Position numbers and translations under genes: made by a program. Positions 15,101 to 31,100 of a stretch of 61,000 nt of DNA are shown piece by piece. Below the pieces are notes generated by a model. The model had not been told where the DNA came from. It was given only the letters and a program-made list of their open reading frames with translations, and did not search any database. Source of the DNA: Takakia lepidozioides (Eukaryota > Plantae > Bryophyta); assembly GCA_030704615.1 (NCBI GenBank), contig JAKLZA010000183.1:1-61000 (forward strand), read 5' to 3'. The stretch's first letter is position 1, and each line of letters starts with the position of its first letter.

Positions 15101-18100
15101 AGAGACGATGTGGAACCCCAGGTGAATCGCAGGTCTCACGTTGTTATTGTACAAGCAATACAAAGCAAGGGCAGAAAGGAAACAGAGCATATGCAAGCCA
15201 ATACCTTGATGGCTTGTGAGAGGCCTGCGCCATAGCTCAAGACCAGCAAACAAGGCAACAAAATGTACAAAGCATGCACAAAGAAAGTGAATCGCCCAAA
15301 CTTAAAGAGTTCAGACACTTCCCCGAGGCCTTAAGATCGCCGCTTGTACCTTAATGATCAATGAAGGTCACAGCAAGCAACCAAACACAGGTAGATCGCC
15401 CGCCAAGCATTAGAGACAACCGCCACAGGGAAATTGCAGGTACTGCCGCCATTGCGCACCCCGAGAGGGGAAGAAGGTACTGAATCTTGCCAGAACACCT
15501 AAATGCCTTAATGGCGCAGCTCCATGGCATTCAAGGGCGCCTGAATCGAGGTCCATGCGCCCCCGCCACCATCTCTCAGCTCCAGCCATCCCTTAAGCAC
15601 GATCGTCGTGCAGAGGGTTAGGGCAGGGAAGAGATGAAGCGCGATTTCCCGCGATTTCATCCACGTGATTTCTCACGATTTCATCCATTCGGGATGAAAA
15701 TCCATCACACGGGATGAACTCTACCGCGCAGGATGAAATCTATCGTGATTTCATCCGCGTCGGATGAAATTCTATCGATTTTTCATCCGTGTCATCCTCT
15801 GAGGATGACATCCATTTATGGATGAAAAAATTAAATAATATGATGGCTCCATTAGGATCCCGACCTTATACCAAAAATCCGGGTAATGTAAATAACCGAA
15901 ATTAACCAAATTCCAAGAAGGTTAATTAGGGGTTAGGTAACATACCACTGGTCTTAAACTATCAAGTTTTAAGAGAACCAGCCAGATCCATGGAGGGGGG
16001 AGAGAGAGGGAGAGAGATGGAACCCACCAACCATCCCCTGGTATGGCAGCTCCTTATGGAGTGAGTGTGGTATGAGTGCATACCAGACCCCATCACATAA
16101 ATGACCTCCCTCTTCTTTGTAGCTTTTACTTCTGGTTACAAAGGAACCATAGAAATAAACATGCCTACGATCTCAACTCTCCAAGGTCAACAAACAAAAC
16201 AAGCCGTGACAATCAAAGGTACATCAACACTTACATCAGAATGTAGAGTTTTACCTTTTAGCTACACATAAGCTCTGATAATGGAAAGATGAGGCCAATG
16301 AAGGGACCTTAACTCCGAAATTCATGAAGCAACAAACAGGAAAGAAACTTTTATCAACCCTTTAGTGTTTACCTAGCCCATATTTTTGGGTACCGCATGT
16401 GTACAAAACCAATGGGGGTAGGTTTAGGCAATGAATTTTTCTGCCATTGGCATGTTCCAAGTTGGCAAGTTGTGACACAAACGAAGGTACATCAACACAT
16501 ACATCAAAATGTAGAGTTTACCTTTTAGTTTATATATAAGCTCTGGTGACCGGAAGAAGAGGCCAGTGAAAGAACCCTCAATTCCCAAGGTCATAAAGTA
16601 ACAATCAGGAAAAATCTTATATCAGACTTTTAGTGTTTACCCCCCTTGTTTTGGGGTAAAACATGTGTACAAAACCAAAGGGGGCAGGTATTGGGGTCTG
16701 GCATGGGTTTACCACCTGGTATTCAGACAAAACATCTACCAGCAGCATATCATAATTGGGTTTTTTATGGTGCTATAAAGAGCAAAGCCATAACCAGGAG
16801 AAACATAGAAAACATTTGAGCCAAAGAAAAGGAACTCATTCGTATCATAAGGTATCTAAATCTGACATAAGGCATCGGCTACATGGGACCGGCAAACAAG
16901 AGTAATGTGCACTGACCGGATCATGTATAAGGTGTACACGTCTACTCCAGCAGGCTGTCTTACCAAGGCTAGCTCAAAATTTCAGCATTCAGAAGCCCTA
17001 TAGATGTTCTATGCTTATCTCAGGTACCTTCAAGGATGCCTTACTCTCCATGCCCAATTAGCCAACATATTTTTGCTGGAGAAGATCTTACCTTATGAAG
17101 GACTTGCTTGCTCCAACCATGGTCATGGCGGGAGAGGAGGCTGATATCTCATGGCTTTGGCCTTCCCATTGCCTTGGGTTCATCACTTCAACCAGGAACA
17201 TATTTGATAACCTTTTGTCATGCTCAGACCAAGGTGTTAGTAAATCAAACATAAAACTGAAAACAGAAGGGAGATTGGTTGATGATAACGTGTACAAGAA
17301 CCACCAAGTACACTGGTCTAAATCAGAGAGGGAAGATAGATTATGTCTTGTCGAGACATGGACAAAGACCTGACAAGGTCATTGTAAAATTAACGACAAA
17401 TCAGCCTCATAACGAGGCATTATCAACCATTCTTCATTCACAAGTCAGCTTTATGACAAATCCCAGACTTCAAAGTCAATGAAGTCTCTGGGTGGGGGGG
17501 TGGGAAAAATTAGAGACTCGATTACCACTGGAGTAGGAAACCATTGTTCAGCATGCTAAAAAGTGCCATTCATGACATGCCATGTCATTCAGTCTGTATT
17601 TTTGGTCAGCTTACATACCAAGGCATAACCAACCATCCTCATTTATTGTTGGCCCAAAAACTAGTATAGTTTTGGGTTCTTTGTATCATTGGACATACCA
17701 AAGTGACTGAGCAGTAAGTATCCATGTCCAAATAAAGATCCATTGATCACTGTTCATGGCTGGAAATGTCTGTTTGTCTTAAAGAAGCCATTATGATCAT
17801 AGAAGGCTTAAGAACAAAATAAGAGCATTTCTTTACATAAAGAACATCACCAAAGCAGGGTTACGGACTGATATTTGGCAGCTTATACAACAGGTTATGA
17901 TCAGCTGCCCTACTTTGCACATCAAGTCACTTATTGACACCATGTTTTTTGCCCCATGATCCGTTTTAGATTGGGGCTGGTGTGTAATTTCAACGACAGG
18001 GTAGAGTTATAATATTCCCACCTCTTATTCCATGCCCCAAGACCAAGTTCTATGTCCGGGGGTAGGGAAATCATTACCATAACAGGCTGTAATCAGATTT

Positions 18101-21100
18101 ACATGCCATGCAATCATCCATAGGAAACACAAAGAATCTGAATTGCTCGTCCCATCAGGCCTGCAGGTTACTTTGGTATTATTTATCCTAAAGCAACTTG
18201 AATACAATGCCTGAATCATTCTGTTCACATCTACCAATGTCTTACCATTTTGGAAAATAGGAAACATTCAAGGGCATATAACCAAGGACCAGATTTGGCC
18301 ACAAAAGATCCATCCATATCAGTTTGGCATGGTATCAAGTGTCCTAAAGTGACCAGCTTCTAAAAGAGGCTAAGTTTCCAATGCTTGTACATTCAAGAAA
18401 CACTGTCTGGTCATGAAAACAGGTCTGCCCTACATTGTAGCATGTTACCAGATCTCTTTAAAGCCATCAGCTTGTGAGGACCTCACTGGTCCCATCACAT
18501 GCAATCAGAAACAGTTAAGTTAGAGACGATGTGGAACCCCAGGTGAATCGCAGGTCTCACGCTGTTATCGCTGTACAACATGCAATACAAAGCAAGGGCA
18601 GAAAGGAAACAGAGCATTGCAAGCCAATACATTGATGGCTTGTGGAAGAGAGGCCTGCGCCATAGCTCTCAAGACCAGGCAAACAAGAATGCGCAAATAC
18701 AAAATGTACAAAGCATGCACAAAGAAAGTGAATCGCCCAAACTTAAAGAGTTCAGACACTTCCCCGAGGCCTTAAGATCGCCGCTTGTACCTTAATGATC
18801 AATGAAGGTCACAGCAAGCAACCACAACACAGGTAGATCGCCCGCCAAGCATTAGAGACAACCGCCACAGGGAAATTGCAGGTACTGCCGCCATTGCGCA
18901 CCCCGAGAGGGGAAGAAGGTACTGAATCTTGCCAGAACACCTAAATGCCTTAATGGCGCAGCTCCATGGCATTCAAGGGCGCCTGAATCGAGGTCCATGC
19001 GCCCCCCGCCACCATCTCTCAGCTCCAGCCATCCCTTAAGCACGATCGTCGTGCAGAGGGTTAGGGCAGGGAAGAGATGAAGCGCGATTTCCCGCGATTT
19101 CATCCACGTGATTTCTCACGATTTCATCCATTCGGGATGAAAATCCATCACACGGGATGAACTCTACCGCGCAGGATGAAATCTATCGTGATTTCATCGC
19201 GTCGGATGAAATCGTCTATCGATTTTTCATCCGTGTCATCCTCTGAGGATGACATCCATTTATGGATGAAAAAATTAATAATATGATGGCTCCATTAGGA
19301 TCCCGACCTTATACCAAAAATCGGGTAATGTAAATAACCGAAATTAACCAAATTCCAAGAAGGTTTAATTAGGGGTTAGGTAACATACCACTGGTCTTAA
19401 ACTATCAAGTTTTAAGAGAACCAGCCAGATCCATGGAGGAGGGGAGGAGAGAGAGGGAGAGAGATGGAACCCACCAACCATCCCCTGGTATGGCAGCTCC
19501 TTATGGAGTGAGTGTGGTATGAGTGCATACCAGACCCCATCACATAAATGACCTCCCTCTCTTTGTAGCTTTTACTTCTGGTACAAAGGAACCATAGAAA
19601 TAAACATGCCTACGATCTCAACTCTCCAAGGTCAACAAACAAAACAAGCCGTGACAATCAAAGGTACATCAACACTTACATCAGAAGGTAGAGTTTTACC
19701 TTTTAGCTACACATAAGCTCTGATAATGGAAAGATGAGGCCAATGAAGGGACCTTAACTCCGAAATTCCATGAAGCAACAAACAGGAAAGAAACTTTTAT
19801 CAACCCTTTAGTGTTTACCTAGCCCATATTTTTGGGTACCGCATGTGTACAAAACCAATGGGGGTAGGTTTAGGCAATGAATTTTTCTGCCATTGGCATG
19901 TTCCAAGTTGGCAAGTTGTGACACAAACGAAGGTACATCAACACATACATCAAAATGTAGAGTTTTACCTTTAGTTTATATATAAGCTCTGGTGACCGGA
20001 AGAAGAGGCCAGTGAAAGAACCCTCAATTCCCAAGGTCATAAAGTAACAATCGGGAAAACAATCTTATATCAGACTTTTAGTGTTACCCACCCTGTTTTG
20101 GGTAAAATTTTAAAACATGTGTACAAAACAAAGGGGGGGCAGGTATTGGGGTCTGGCAGGGTTTACCACCTGGTATTCAGACAAAACATCTACCAGCAGC
20201 ATATCATAATTGGGTTATTTTTATGGTGCTATAAAGAGCAAAGCCATAACAGGAGAAACATAGAAACATTTGAGCCAAAGAAAAGGAACTCATTCGTATC
20301 ATAAGGTTATAAATCTGACATAAGGCATCGGCTACATGGGACCGGCAAACAAGAGTAATGTGCACTGACCGGATCATGTATAAGGTGTAACACGTTACTC
20401 CAGCAGGCTGTCTTACCAAGGCCTAGCTCAAAATTTCAGCATTCAGAAGCCTATAGAGTTCTGCTTATCTCAGGTACCTTCAAAGGATGCCGTAACTCTC
20501 CATGCCCAATTAGCCAACATATTTTGCTGGAGAAGATCTTAACTTATGAAGGACTGCTTGCTCCACGCCATGGTCCATGGCGGGGGAGAGGGGCTGATAT
20601 CTCATGGCTTTGGCCTTCCCATGCCTTGGGGTCATCACTTCAACAGGAACAATTTGATAACTTTGTCATGCTCAGACCAAGGTGTTAGTAAATCAAACAT
20701 AAAACTGAAAACAGTAAGGGAGATTGGTTGATAATGTGTACAAGAACCACCAAGTACACTGGTCTAAATCAGAGAGGGAAGATACTTATGTCTTGTCGAG
20801 ACATGGACAAAGACCTGACAAGGTCATTGTAAAATTAACGACAAATCAGCCTCATAACAAGGCATTATCAACCATTCTTCATTCACAAGTCAGCTTTATG
20901 ACAAATCCCAGACTTCAAAGTCAATGAAGTCTCTGGGTGGGGGGGTGGGAAAAATTAGAGACTCGATTACCACTGTTCATAGTAGGAACCATTGTTCAGC
21001 ATGCTAAAAAGTGCCATTCATGACATGCCATGTCATTCAGTCTGTATTTTTTGGTCAGCTTACATACCAAGGCATAACCAACCATCCTCATTTATTGTTG

Positions 21101-24100
21101 GCCCAAAAACTAGTATAGTTTTGGGTTCTTTGTATCATTGGACATACCAAAGTGACTGAGCAGTAAGTATCCATGTCCAAATAAGATCCATTGATCACTG
21201 TTCATGGCTGGAAATGTCTGTTTGTCTTAAAGAAGCCATTATGATCATAGAAGGCTTAAGAACAAAATAAGAGCATTTCTTTACATAAAGAACATCACCA
21301 AAGCAGGGTTACGGACTGATATTTGGCAGCTTATACAACAGGTTATGATCAGCTGCCCTACTTTGCACATCAAGTCACTTATTGACACCATGTTTTTTGC
21401 CCCATGATCCGTTTTAGATTTGGGGCTGGTGTGTAATTTCAACGACAGGGTAGAGTAATATTCCCACCTCTTATTCCATGCCCCAAGACCAAGTTCTATG
21501 TCCGGGGTAGGGAAATCATTACCATAACAGGCTGTAATCAGATTTACATGCCATGCAATCATCCATAGGAAACACAAAGAATCTGAATTGCTCGTCCCAT
21601 CAGGCCTGCAGGTTAGTATTATTTATACTTACAATGCCTGAATCATTCTGTTCACATCTACCAATGTCTTACCATTTGGAAAATAGGTAAACATTCATAA
21701 CCGACCAGATTTGGCCACAAAAGATCCATCCATATCAGTTTGGCATGGTATCAAGTGTCCTAAAGTGACCAGCTTCTAAAAGAGGCTAAGTTTCCAATGC
21801 TTGTACATTCAAGAACACTGTCTGGTCATGAAAACAGGTCTGCCCTACATTGTAGCATGTTACCAGATCTCTTTAAAGCCATCAGCTTGTGAGGACCCTC
21901 ACCTGGTCCCATCACATGCAATCAGAAACAGTTAAGTTAGAGACGATGTGGAACCCCAGGTGAATCGCAGGTCTCACGCTTGTTATCGTGTACAACATGC
22001 AATACAAAGCAAGGGCAGAAAGGAAACAGAGCATATGCAAGCCAATACCTTGATGGCTTGTGGAAGAGAGGCCTGCGCCATAGCTCTCAAGACCAGCAAA
22101 CAAGAATGCGCAACAAAATGTACAAAGCATGCACAAAGAAAGTGAATCGCCCAAACTTAAAGAGTTCAGACACTTCCCCGAGGCCTTAAGATCGCCGCTT
22201 GTACCTTAATGATCAATGAAGGTCACAGCAAGCAACCACAACACAGGTAGATCGCCCGCCAAGCATTAGAGACAACCGCCACAGGGAAATTGCAGGTACT
22301 GCCGCCATTGCGCACCCCGAGAGGGGAAGAAGGTACTGAATCTTGCCAGAACACCTAAATGCCTTAATGGCGCAGCTCCATGGCATTCAAGGGCGCCTGA
22401 ATCGAGGTCCATGCGCCCCCCGCCACCATCTCTCAGCTCCAGCCATCCCTTAAGCACGATCGTCGTGCAGAGGGTTAGGGCAGGGAAGAGATGAAGCGCG
22501 ATTTCCCGCGATTTCATCCACGTGATTTCTCACGATTTCATCCATTCGGGATGAAAATCCATCACACGGGATGAACTCTACCGCGCAGGATGAAATCTAT
22601 CGTGATTTCATCCGCGGATGAAATCGTCTATCGATTTTTCATCCGTGTCATCCTCTGAGGATGACATCCATTTATGGATAAATAATATGATGGCTCCATT
22701 AGGATCCCGACCTTATACCAAAAATCCGGGTAATGTAAATAACCGAAATTAACCAAATTCCAAGAAGGTTAATTAGGGGTTAGGTAACATACCACTGGTC
22801 TTAAACTATCAAGTTTTAAGAGAACCAGCCAGATCCATGGAGGGAGGGAGAGAGAGGGAGAGAGATGGAACCCACCAACCATCCCCTGGTATGGCAGCTC
22901 CTTATGGAGTGAGTGTGGTATGAGTGCATACCAGACCCCATCACATAAATGACCTCCCTCTTCTTTGTAGCTTTTACTTCTGGTTACAAAGGAACCATAG
23001 AAATAAACATGCCTACGATCTCAACTCTCCAAGGTCAACAAACAAAACAAGCCGTGACAATCAAAGGTACATCAACACTTACATCAGAATGTAGAGTTTT
23101 ACCTTTTAGCTACATAAGCTCTGATAATGGAAAGATGAGGCCAATGAAGGGACCTTAACTCCGAAATTCATGAAGCAACAAACAGGAAAGAAACTTTTAT
23201 CAACCCTTTAGTGTTTACCTAGCCCATATTTTTGGGTACCGCATGTGTACAAAACCAATGGGGGTAGGTTTAGGCAATGAATTTTTCTGCCATTGGCATG
23301 TTCCAAGTTGGCAAGTTGTGACACAAACGAAGGTACATCAACACATACATCAAAATGTAGAGTTTTACCTTTTAGTTTATATATAAGCTCTGGTGACCGG
23401 AAGAAGAGGCCAGTGAAAGAACCCTCAATTCCCAAGGTCATAAAGTAACAATGGAAAGAATCTTATATCAGACTTTTAGTGTTTACCCACCCCTTGTTTT
23501 GGGTAAAACATGTGTACAAAACCAAAGGGGGCAGGTAGGTATTGGGGTCTGGCAGGGGTTTACCACCTGGTATTCAGACAAAACATCTACCAGCAGCATA
23601 TCATAATTGGGTATTTTTTATGGTGCTATAAAGAGCAAAGCCATAACCAGGAGAAACATAGAAACATTTGAGCCAAAGAAAAGGAACTCATTCGTATCAT
23701 AAGGTATCTAAATCTGACATAAGGCATCGGCTACATGGGACCGGCAAACAAGAGTAATGTGCACTGACCGGATCATGTATAAGGTGTACACGTCTACTCC
23801 AGCAGGCTGTCTTACCAAGGCCTAGCTCAAAATTTCAGCATTCAGAAGCCCTATAGATGTTCTATGCTTATCTCAGGTACCTTCAAGGATGCCTTACTCT
23901 CCATGCCCAATTAGCCAACATATTTTTGCTGGAGAAGATCTTACCTTATGAAGGACTTGCTTGCTCCACACCATGGTCATGGCGGGGAGAGGAGGCTGAT
24001 ATCTCATGGCTTTGGCCTTCCCATTGCCTTGGGTTCATCACTTCAATCAGGAACATATTTGATAACCTTTTGTCATGCTCAGACCAAGGTGTTAGTAAAT

Positions 24101-24686
24101 CAAACATAAAACTGAAAACAGAAGGGAGATTGGTTGATAATGTACAAGAACCACCAAGTACACTGGTCTAAATCAGAGAGGGAAGATACTTATGTCTTGT
24201 CGAGACATGGACAAAGACCTGACAAGGTCATTGTAAAATTAACGACAAATCAGCCTCATAACAAGGCATTATCAACCATTCTTCATTCACAAGTCAGCTT
24301 TATGACAAATCCCAGACTTCAAAGTCAATGAAGTCTCTGGGTGGGGGGGTGGGAAAATTAGAGACTCGATTACCACTGTTCATAGTAGGAAACCATTGTT
24401 CAGCATGCTAAAAAGTGCCATTCATGACATGCCATGTCATTCAGTCTGTATTTTTTGGTCAGCTTACATACCAAGGCATAACCAACCATCCTCATTTATT
24501 GTTGGCCCAAAAACTAGTATAGTTTTGGGTTCTTTGTATCATTGGACATACCAAAGTGACTGAGCAGTAAGTATCCATGTCCAAATAAAGATCCATTGAT
24601 CACTGTTCATGGCTGGAAATGTCTGTTTGTCTTAAAGAAGCCATTTATGATCATAGAAGGCTTAAGAACAAAATAAGAGCATTTCT

Positions 24687-25190
24687 TTACATAAAGAACA
24701 TCACCAAAGCAGGGTTACGGACTGATATTTGGCAGCTTATACAACAGGTTATGATCAGCTGCCCTACTTTGCACATCAAGTCACTTATTGACACCATGTT
24801 TTTTGCCCCATGATCCGTTTTAGATTTGGGGCTGGTGTGTAATTTCAACGACAGGGTAGAGTAATATTCCCACCTCTTATTCCATGCCCCAAGACCAAGT
24901 TCTATGTCCGGGGTAGGGAAATCATTACCATAACAGGCTGTAATCAGATTTACATGCCATGCAATCATCCATAGGAAACACAAAGAATCTGAATTGCTCG
25001 TCCCATCAGGCCTGCAGGTTACTTTGGTATTATTTATCCTAAAGCAACTTGAATACAATGCCTGAATCATTCTGTTCACATCTACCAATGTCTTACCATT
25101 TTGGAAAATAGGTAAACATTCAAGGGCATATAACCAAGGACCAGATTTGGCCACAAAAGATCCATCCATATCAGTTTGGCATGGTATCAA
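24687..25190 (-). other. Longest ORF of the repeat unit (167 aa); coding status unsupported
   Basis: Open in this copy and frameshifted in most others. No recognisable motif. It recurs only because the units are near-identical. Confidence 0.15.
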
Positions 25191-28100
25191 GTGTCCTAAA
25201 GTGACCAGCTTCTAAAAGAGGCTAAGTTTCCAATGCTTGTACATTCAAGAACACTGTCTGGTCATGAAAACAGGTCTGCCCTACATTGTAGCATGTTACC
25301 AGATCTCTTTAAAGCCATCAGCTTGTGAGGACCCTTCCCATCACATGCAATCAGAAACAGTTAAGTTAGAGACGATGTGGAACCCCAGGTGAATCGCAGG
25401 TCTCACGCTTGTTATCAACATGCATACAAAGCAAGGGCAGAAAGGAAACAGAGCATATGCAAGCCAATACCTTGATGGCTTGTGGAAGAGAGGCCTGCGC
25501 CATAGCTCTCAAGACCAGCAAACAAGAATGCGCAACAAAATGTACAAAGCATGCACAAAGAAAGTGAATCGCCCAAACTTAAAGAGTTCAGACACTTCCC
25601 CGAGGCCTTAAGATCGCCGCTTGTACCTTAATGATCAATGAAGGTCACAGCAAGCAACCACAACACAGGTAGATCGCCCGCCAAGCATTAGAGACAACCG
25701 CCACAGGGAAATTGCAGGTACTGCCGCCATTGCGCACCCCGAGAGGGGAAGAAGGTACTGAATCTTGCCAACACCTAAATGCCTTAATGGCGCAGCTCCA
25801 TGGCATTCAAGGGCGCCTGAATCGAGGTCCATGCGCCCCCCGCCACCATCTCTCAGCTCCAGCCATCCCTTAAGCACGATCGTCGTGCAGAGGGTTAGGG
25901 CAGGGAAGAGATGAAGCGCGATTTCCCGCGATTTCATCCACGGATTTCATCCATTCGGGATGAAAATCCATCACACGGGATGAACTCTACGCGCAGGATG
26001 AAATCGTGATTTCATCCGCGGATGAAATTGTCTATCGATTTTTCATCCGTGTCATCCTCTGAGGATGACATCCATTTATGGATGAAAAAATAAATAATAT
26101 GATGGCTCCATTAGGATCCCGACCTTATACCAAAAATCCGGGTAATGTAAATAACCGAAATTAACCAAATTCCAAGAAGGTTAATTAGGGGTTAGGTAAC
26201 ATACCACTGGTCTTAAACTATCAAGTTTTAAGAGAACCAGCCAGATCCATGGAGGGAGGGAGAGAGAGGGAGAGAGATGGAACCCACCAACCATCCCTGG
26301 TATGGCAGCTCCTTATGGAGTGAGTGTGGTATGAGTGCATACCAGACCCCATCACATAAATGACCTCCCTCTTCTTTGTAGCTTTTACTTCTGGTTACAA
26401 AGGAACCATAGAAATAAACATGCCTACGATCTCAACTCTCCAAGGTCAACAAACAAAACAAGCCGTGACAATCAAAGGTACATCAACACTTACATCAGAA
26501 TGTAGAGTTTTACCTTTTAGCTACACATAAGCTCTGATAATGGAAAGATGAGGCCAATGAAGGGACCTTAACTCCGAAATTCATGAAGCAACAAACAGGA
26601 AAGAAACTTTTATCAACCCTTTTAGTGTTTACCTAGCCCATATTTTTGGGTACCGCATGTGTACAAAACCAATGGGGGTAGGTTTAGGCAATGAATTTTT
26701 CTGCCATTGGCATGTTCCAAGTTGGCAAGTTGTGACACAAACGAAGGTACATCAAACATACATCAAAATGTAGAGTTTTACCTTTTAGTTTATATATAAG
26801 CTCTGGTGACCGGAAGAAGAGGCCAGTGAAAGAACCCTCAATTCCCAAGGTCATAAAGTAACAATCGGGAAAGAATCTTATATCAGACTTTTAGTGTTTA
26901 CCCACCCCTTGTTTTGGGTAAAACATGTGTACAAAACCAAAGGGGGCAGGTATTGGGGTCTGGCATGGGTTTACCACCTGGTATTCAGACAAAACATCTA
27001 CCAGCAGCATATCATAATTGGGTATTTTTTTATGGTGCTATAAAGAGCAAAGCCATAACCAGGAGAAACATAGAAACATTTGAGCCAAAGAAAAGGAACT
27101 CATTCGTATCATAAGGTATCTAAATCTGACATAAGGCATCGGCTACATGGGACCGGCAAACAAGAGTAATGTGCACTGACCGGATCATGTATAAGGTGTA
27201 CACGTCTACTCCAGCAGGCTGTCTTACCAAGGCCTAGCTCAAAATTTCAGCATTCAGAAGCCCTATAGATGTTCTATGCTTATCTCAGGTACCTTCAAGG
27301 ATGCCTTACTCTCCATGCCCAATTAGCCAACATATTTTTGCTGGAGAAGATCTTACCTTATGAAGGACTTGCTTGCTCCACACCATGGTCATGGCGGGAG
27401 AGGAGGCTGATATCTCATGGCTTTGGCCTTCCCATTGCCTTGGGTTCATCACTTCAATCAGGAACATATTTGATAACCTTTTGTCATGCTCAGACCAAGG
27501 TGTTAGTAAATCAAACATAAAACTGAAAACAGAAGGGAGATTGGTTGATAATGTGTACAAGAACCACCAAGTACACTGGTCTAAATCAGAGAGGGAAGAT
27601 ACTTATGTCTTGTCGAGACATGGACAAAGACCTGACAAGGTCATTGTAAAATTAACGACAAATCAGCCTCATAACAAGGCATTATCAACCATTCTTCATT
27701 CACAAGTCAGCTTTATGACAAATCCCAGACTTCAAAGTCAATGAAGTCTCTGGGTGGGGGGGTGGGAAAAATTAGAGACTCGATTACCACTGTTCATAGT
27801 AGGAAACCATTGTTCAGCATGCTAAAAAGTGCCATTCATGACATGCCATGTCATTCAGTCTGTATTTTTTGGTCAGCTTACATACCAAGGCATAACAACC
27901 ATCCTCATTTATTGTTGGCCCAAAAACTAGTATAGTTTTGGGTTCTTTGTATCATTGGACATACCAAAGTGACTGAGCAGTAAGTATCCATGTCCAAATA
28001 AAAGATCCATTGATCACTGTTCATGGCTGGAAATGTCTGTTGTCTTAAAGAAGCCATTTATGATCATAGAAGGCTTAAGAACAAAATAAGAGCATTTCTT

Positions 28101-31100
28101 TACATAAAGAACATCACCAAAGCAGGGTTACGGACTGATATTTGGCAGCTTATACAACAGGTTATGATCAGCTGCCCTACTTTGCACATCAAGTCACTTA
28201 TTGACACCATGTTTTTTGCCCCATGATCCGTTTTAGATTTGGGGCTGGTGTGTAATTTCAACGACAGGGTAGAGTAATATTCCCACCTTATTCCATGCCC
28301 AAGACCAAGTTCTATGTCCGGGGTAGGGAAATCATTACCATAACAGGCTGTAATCAGATTTACATGCCATGCAATCATCCATAGGAAACACAAAGAATCT
28401 GAATTGCTCGTCCCATCAGGCCTGCAGGTTACTTTGGTATTATTTATCCTAAAGCAACTTGAATACAATGCTGAATCATTCTGTTCACATCTACCAATGT
28501 CTTACCATTTTGGAAAATAGGTAAACAAGGGCATATAACCAAGGACCAGATTTGGCCACAAAAGATCCATCCATATCAGTTTGGCATGGTATCAAGTGTC
28601 CTAAAGTGACCAGCTTCTAAAAGAGGCTAAGTTTCCAATGCTTGTACATTCAAGAACACTGTCTGGTCATGAAAACAGGTCTGCCCTACATTGTAGCATG
28701 TTACCAGATCTCTTTAAAGCCATCAGCTTGTGAGGACCCTCACCTGGATGCAATCAGAAACAGTTAAGTTAGAGACGATGTGGAACCCCAGGTGAATCGC
28801 AGGTCTCACGCTTGTTATCAACATGCAATACAAAGCAAGGGCAGAAAGGAAACAGAGCATATGCAAGCCAATACCTTGATGGCTTGTGGAAGAGAGGCCT
28901 GCGCCATAGCTCTCAAGACCAGCAAACAAGAATGCGCAACAAAATGTACAAAGCATGCACAAAGAAAGTGAATCGAACTTAAAGAGTTCAGACACTTCCC
29001 GAGGCCTTAAGATCGCCGCTTGTACCTTAATGATCAATGAAGGTCACAGCAAGCAACCACAACACAGGTAGATCGCCCGCCAAGCATTAGAGACAACCGC
29101 CACAGGGAAATTGCAGGTACTGCCGCCATTGCGCACCCCGAGAGGGGAAGAAGGTACTGAATCTTGCCAGAACACCTAAATGCCTTAATGGCGCAGCTCC
29201 ATGGCATTCAAGGGCGCTGAATCGAGGTCCATGCGCCCCCCGCCACCATCTCTCAGCTCCAGCCATCCCTTAAGCACGATCGTCGTGCAGAGGGTTAGGG
29301 CAGGGAAGAGATGAAGCGCGATTTCCCGCGATTTCATCCACGTGATTTCTCACGATTTCATCCATTCGGGATGAAAATCCATCACACGGGATGAACTCTA
29401 CCGCGCAGGATGAAATCTATCGTGATTTCATCCGCGGATGAAATCGTCTATCGATTTTCATCCGTGTCATCCTCTGAGGATGACATCCATTTATGGATGA
29501 AAAAATTAAATAATATGATGGCTCCATTAGGATCCCGACCTTATACCAAAAATCCGGGTAATGTAAATAACCGAAATTAACCAAATTCCAAGAAGGTTAA
29601 TTAGGGGTTAGGTAACATACCACTGGTCTTAAACTATCAAGTTTTAAGAGAACCAGCCAGATCCATGGAGGGAGGGAGAGAGGAGAGAGATGGAACCCAC
29701 CAACCATCCCCTGGTATGGGCAGCTCCTTATGGAGTGAGTGTGGTATGAGTGCATACCAGACCCCATCACATAAATGACCTCCCTTCTTGTAGCTTTTAC
29801 TTCTGGTTACAAAGGAACCATAGAAATAAACATGCCTACGATCTCAACTCTCCAAGGTCAACAAACAAAACAAGCCGTGACAATCAAAGGTACATCAACA
29901 CTTACATCAGAATGTAGAGTTTTACCTTTTAGCTACACATAAGCTCTGATAATGGAAAGATGAGGCCAATGAAGGGACCTTAACTCCGAAATTCATGAAG
30001 CAACAAACAGGAAAGAAACTTTTATCAACCCTTTAGTGTTTACCTAGCCCATATTTTTGGGTACCGCATGTGTACAAAACCAATGGGGGTAGGTTTAGGC
30101 AATGAATTTTTTGCCATTGGCATGTTCCAAGTTGGCAAGTTGTGACACAAACGAAGGTACATCAACACATACATCAAAATGTAGAGTTTTACCTTTTAGT
30201 TTATATATAAGCTCTGGTGACCGGGAAGAAGAGGCCAGTGAAAGAACCCTCAATTCCCAAGGTCATAAAGTAACAATCAGGAAAGAATCTTATATCAGAC
30301 TTTTAGTGTTTACCCACCCCTTGTTTTGGGTAAAACATGTGTACAAAACCAAAGGGGGCAGGTATTGGGGTCTGGCAGGGGTTTACCACCTGGTATTCAG
30401 ACAAAACATCTACCAGCAGCATATCATAATTGGGTATTTTTTATGGTGCTATAAAGAGCAAAGCCATAACCAGGAGAAACATAGAAACATTTGAGCCAAA
30501 GAAAAGGAACTCATTCGTATCATAAGGTATCTAAATCTGACATAAGGCATCGGCTACATGGGACCGGCAAACAAGAGTAATGTGCACTGACCGGATCATG
30601 TATAAGGTGTACACGTCTACTCCAGCAGGCTGTCTTACCAAGGCCTAGCTCAAAATTTCAGCATTCAGAAGCCCTATAGATGTTCTATGCTTATCTCAGG
30701 TACCTTCAAGGATGCCTTACTCTCCATGCCCAATTAGCCAACATATTTTTGCTGGAGAAGATCTTACCTTATGAAGGACTTGCTTGCTCCACACCATGGT
30801 CATGGCGGGGAGAGGAGGCTGATATCTCATGGCTTTGGCCTTCCCATTGCCTTGGGTTCATCACTTCAATCAGGAACATATTGATAACCTTTTGTCATGC
30901 TCAGACCAAGGTGTTAGTAAATCAAACATAAAACTGAAAACAGAAGGGAGATTGGTTGATAATGTGTACAAGAACCACCAAGTACACTGGTCTAAATCAG
31001 AGAGGGAAGATACTTATGTCTTGTCGAGACATGGACAAAGACCTGACAAGGTCATTGTAAAATTAACGACAAATCAGCTCATAACAAGGCATTATCAACC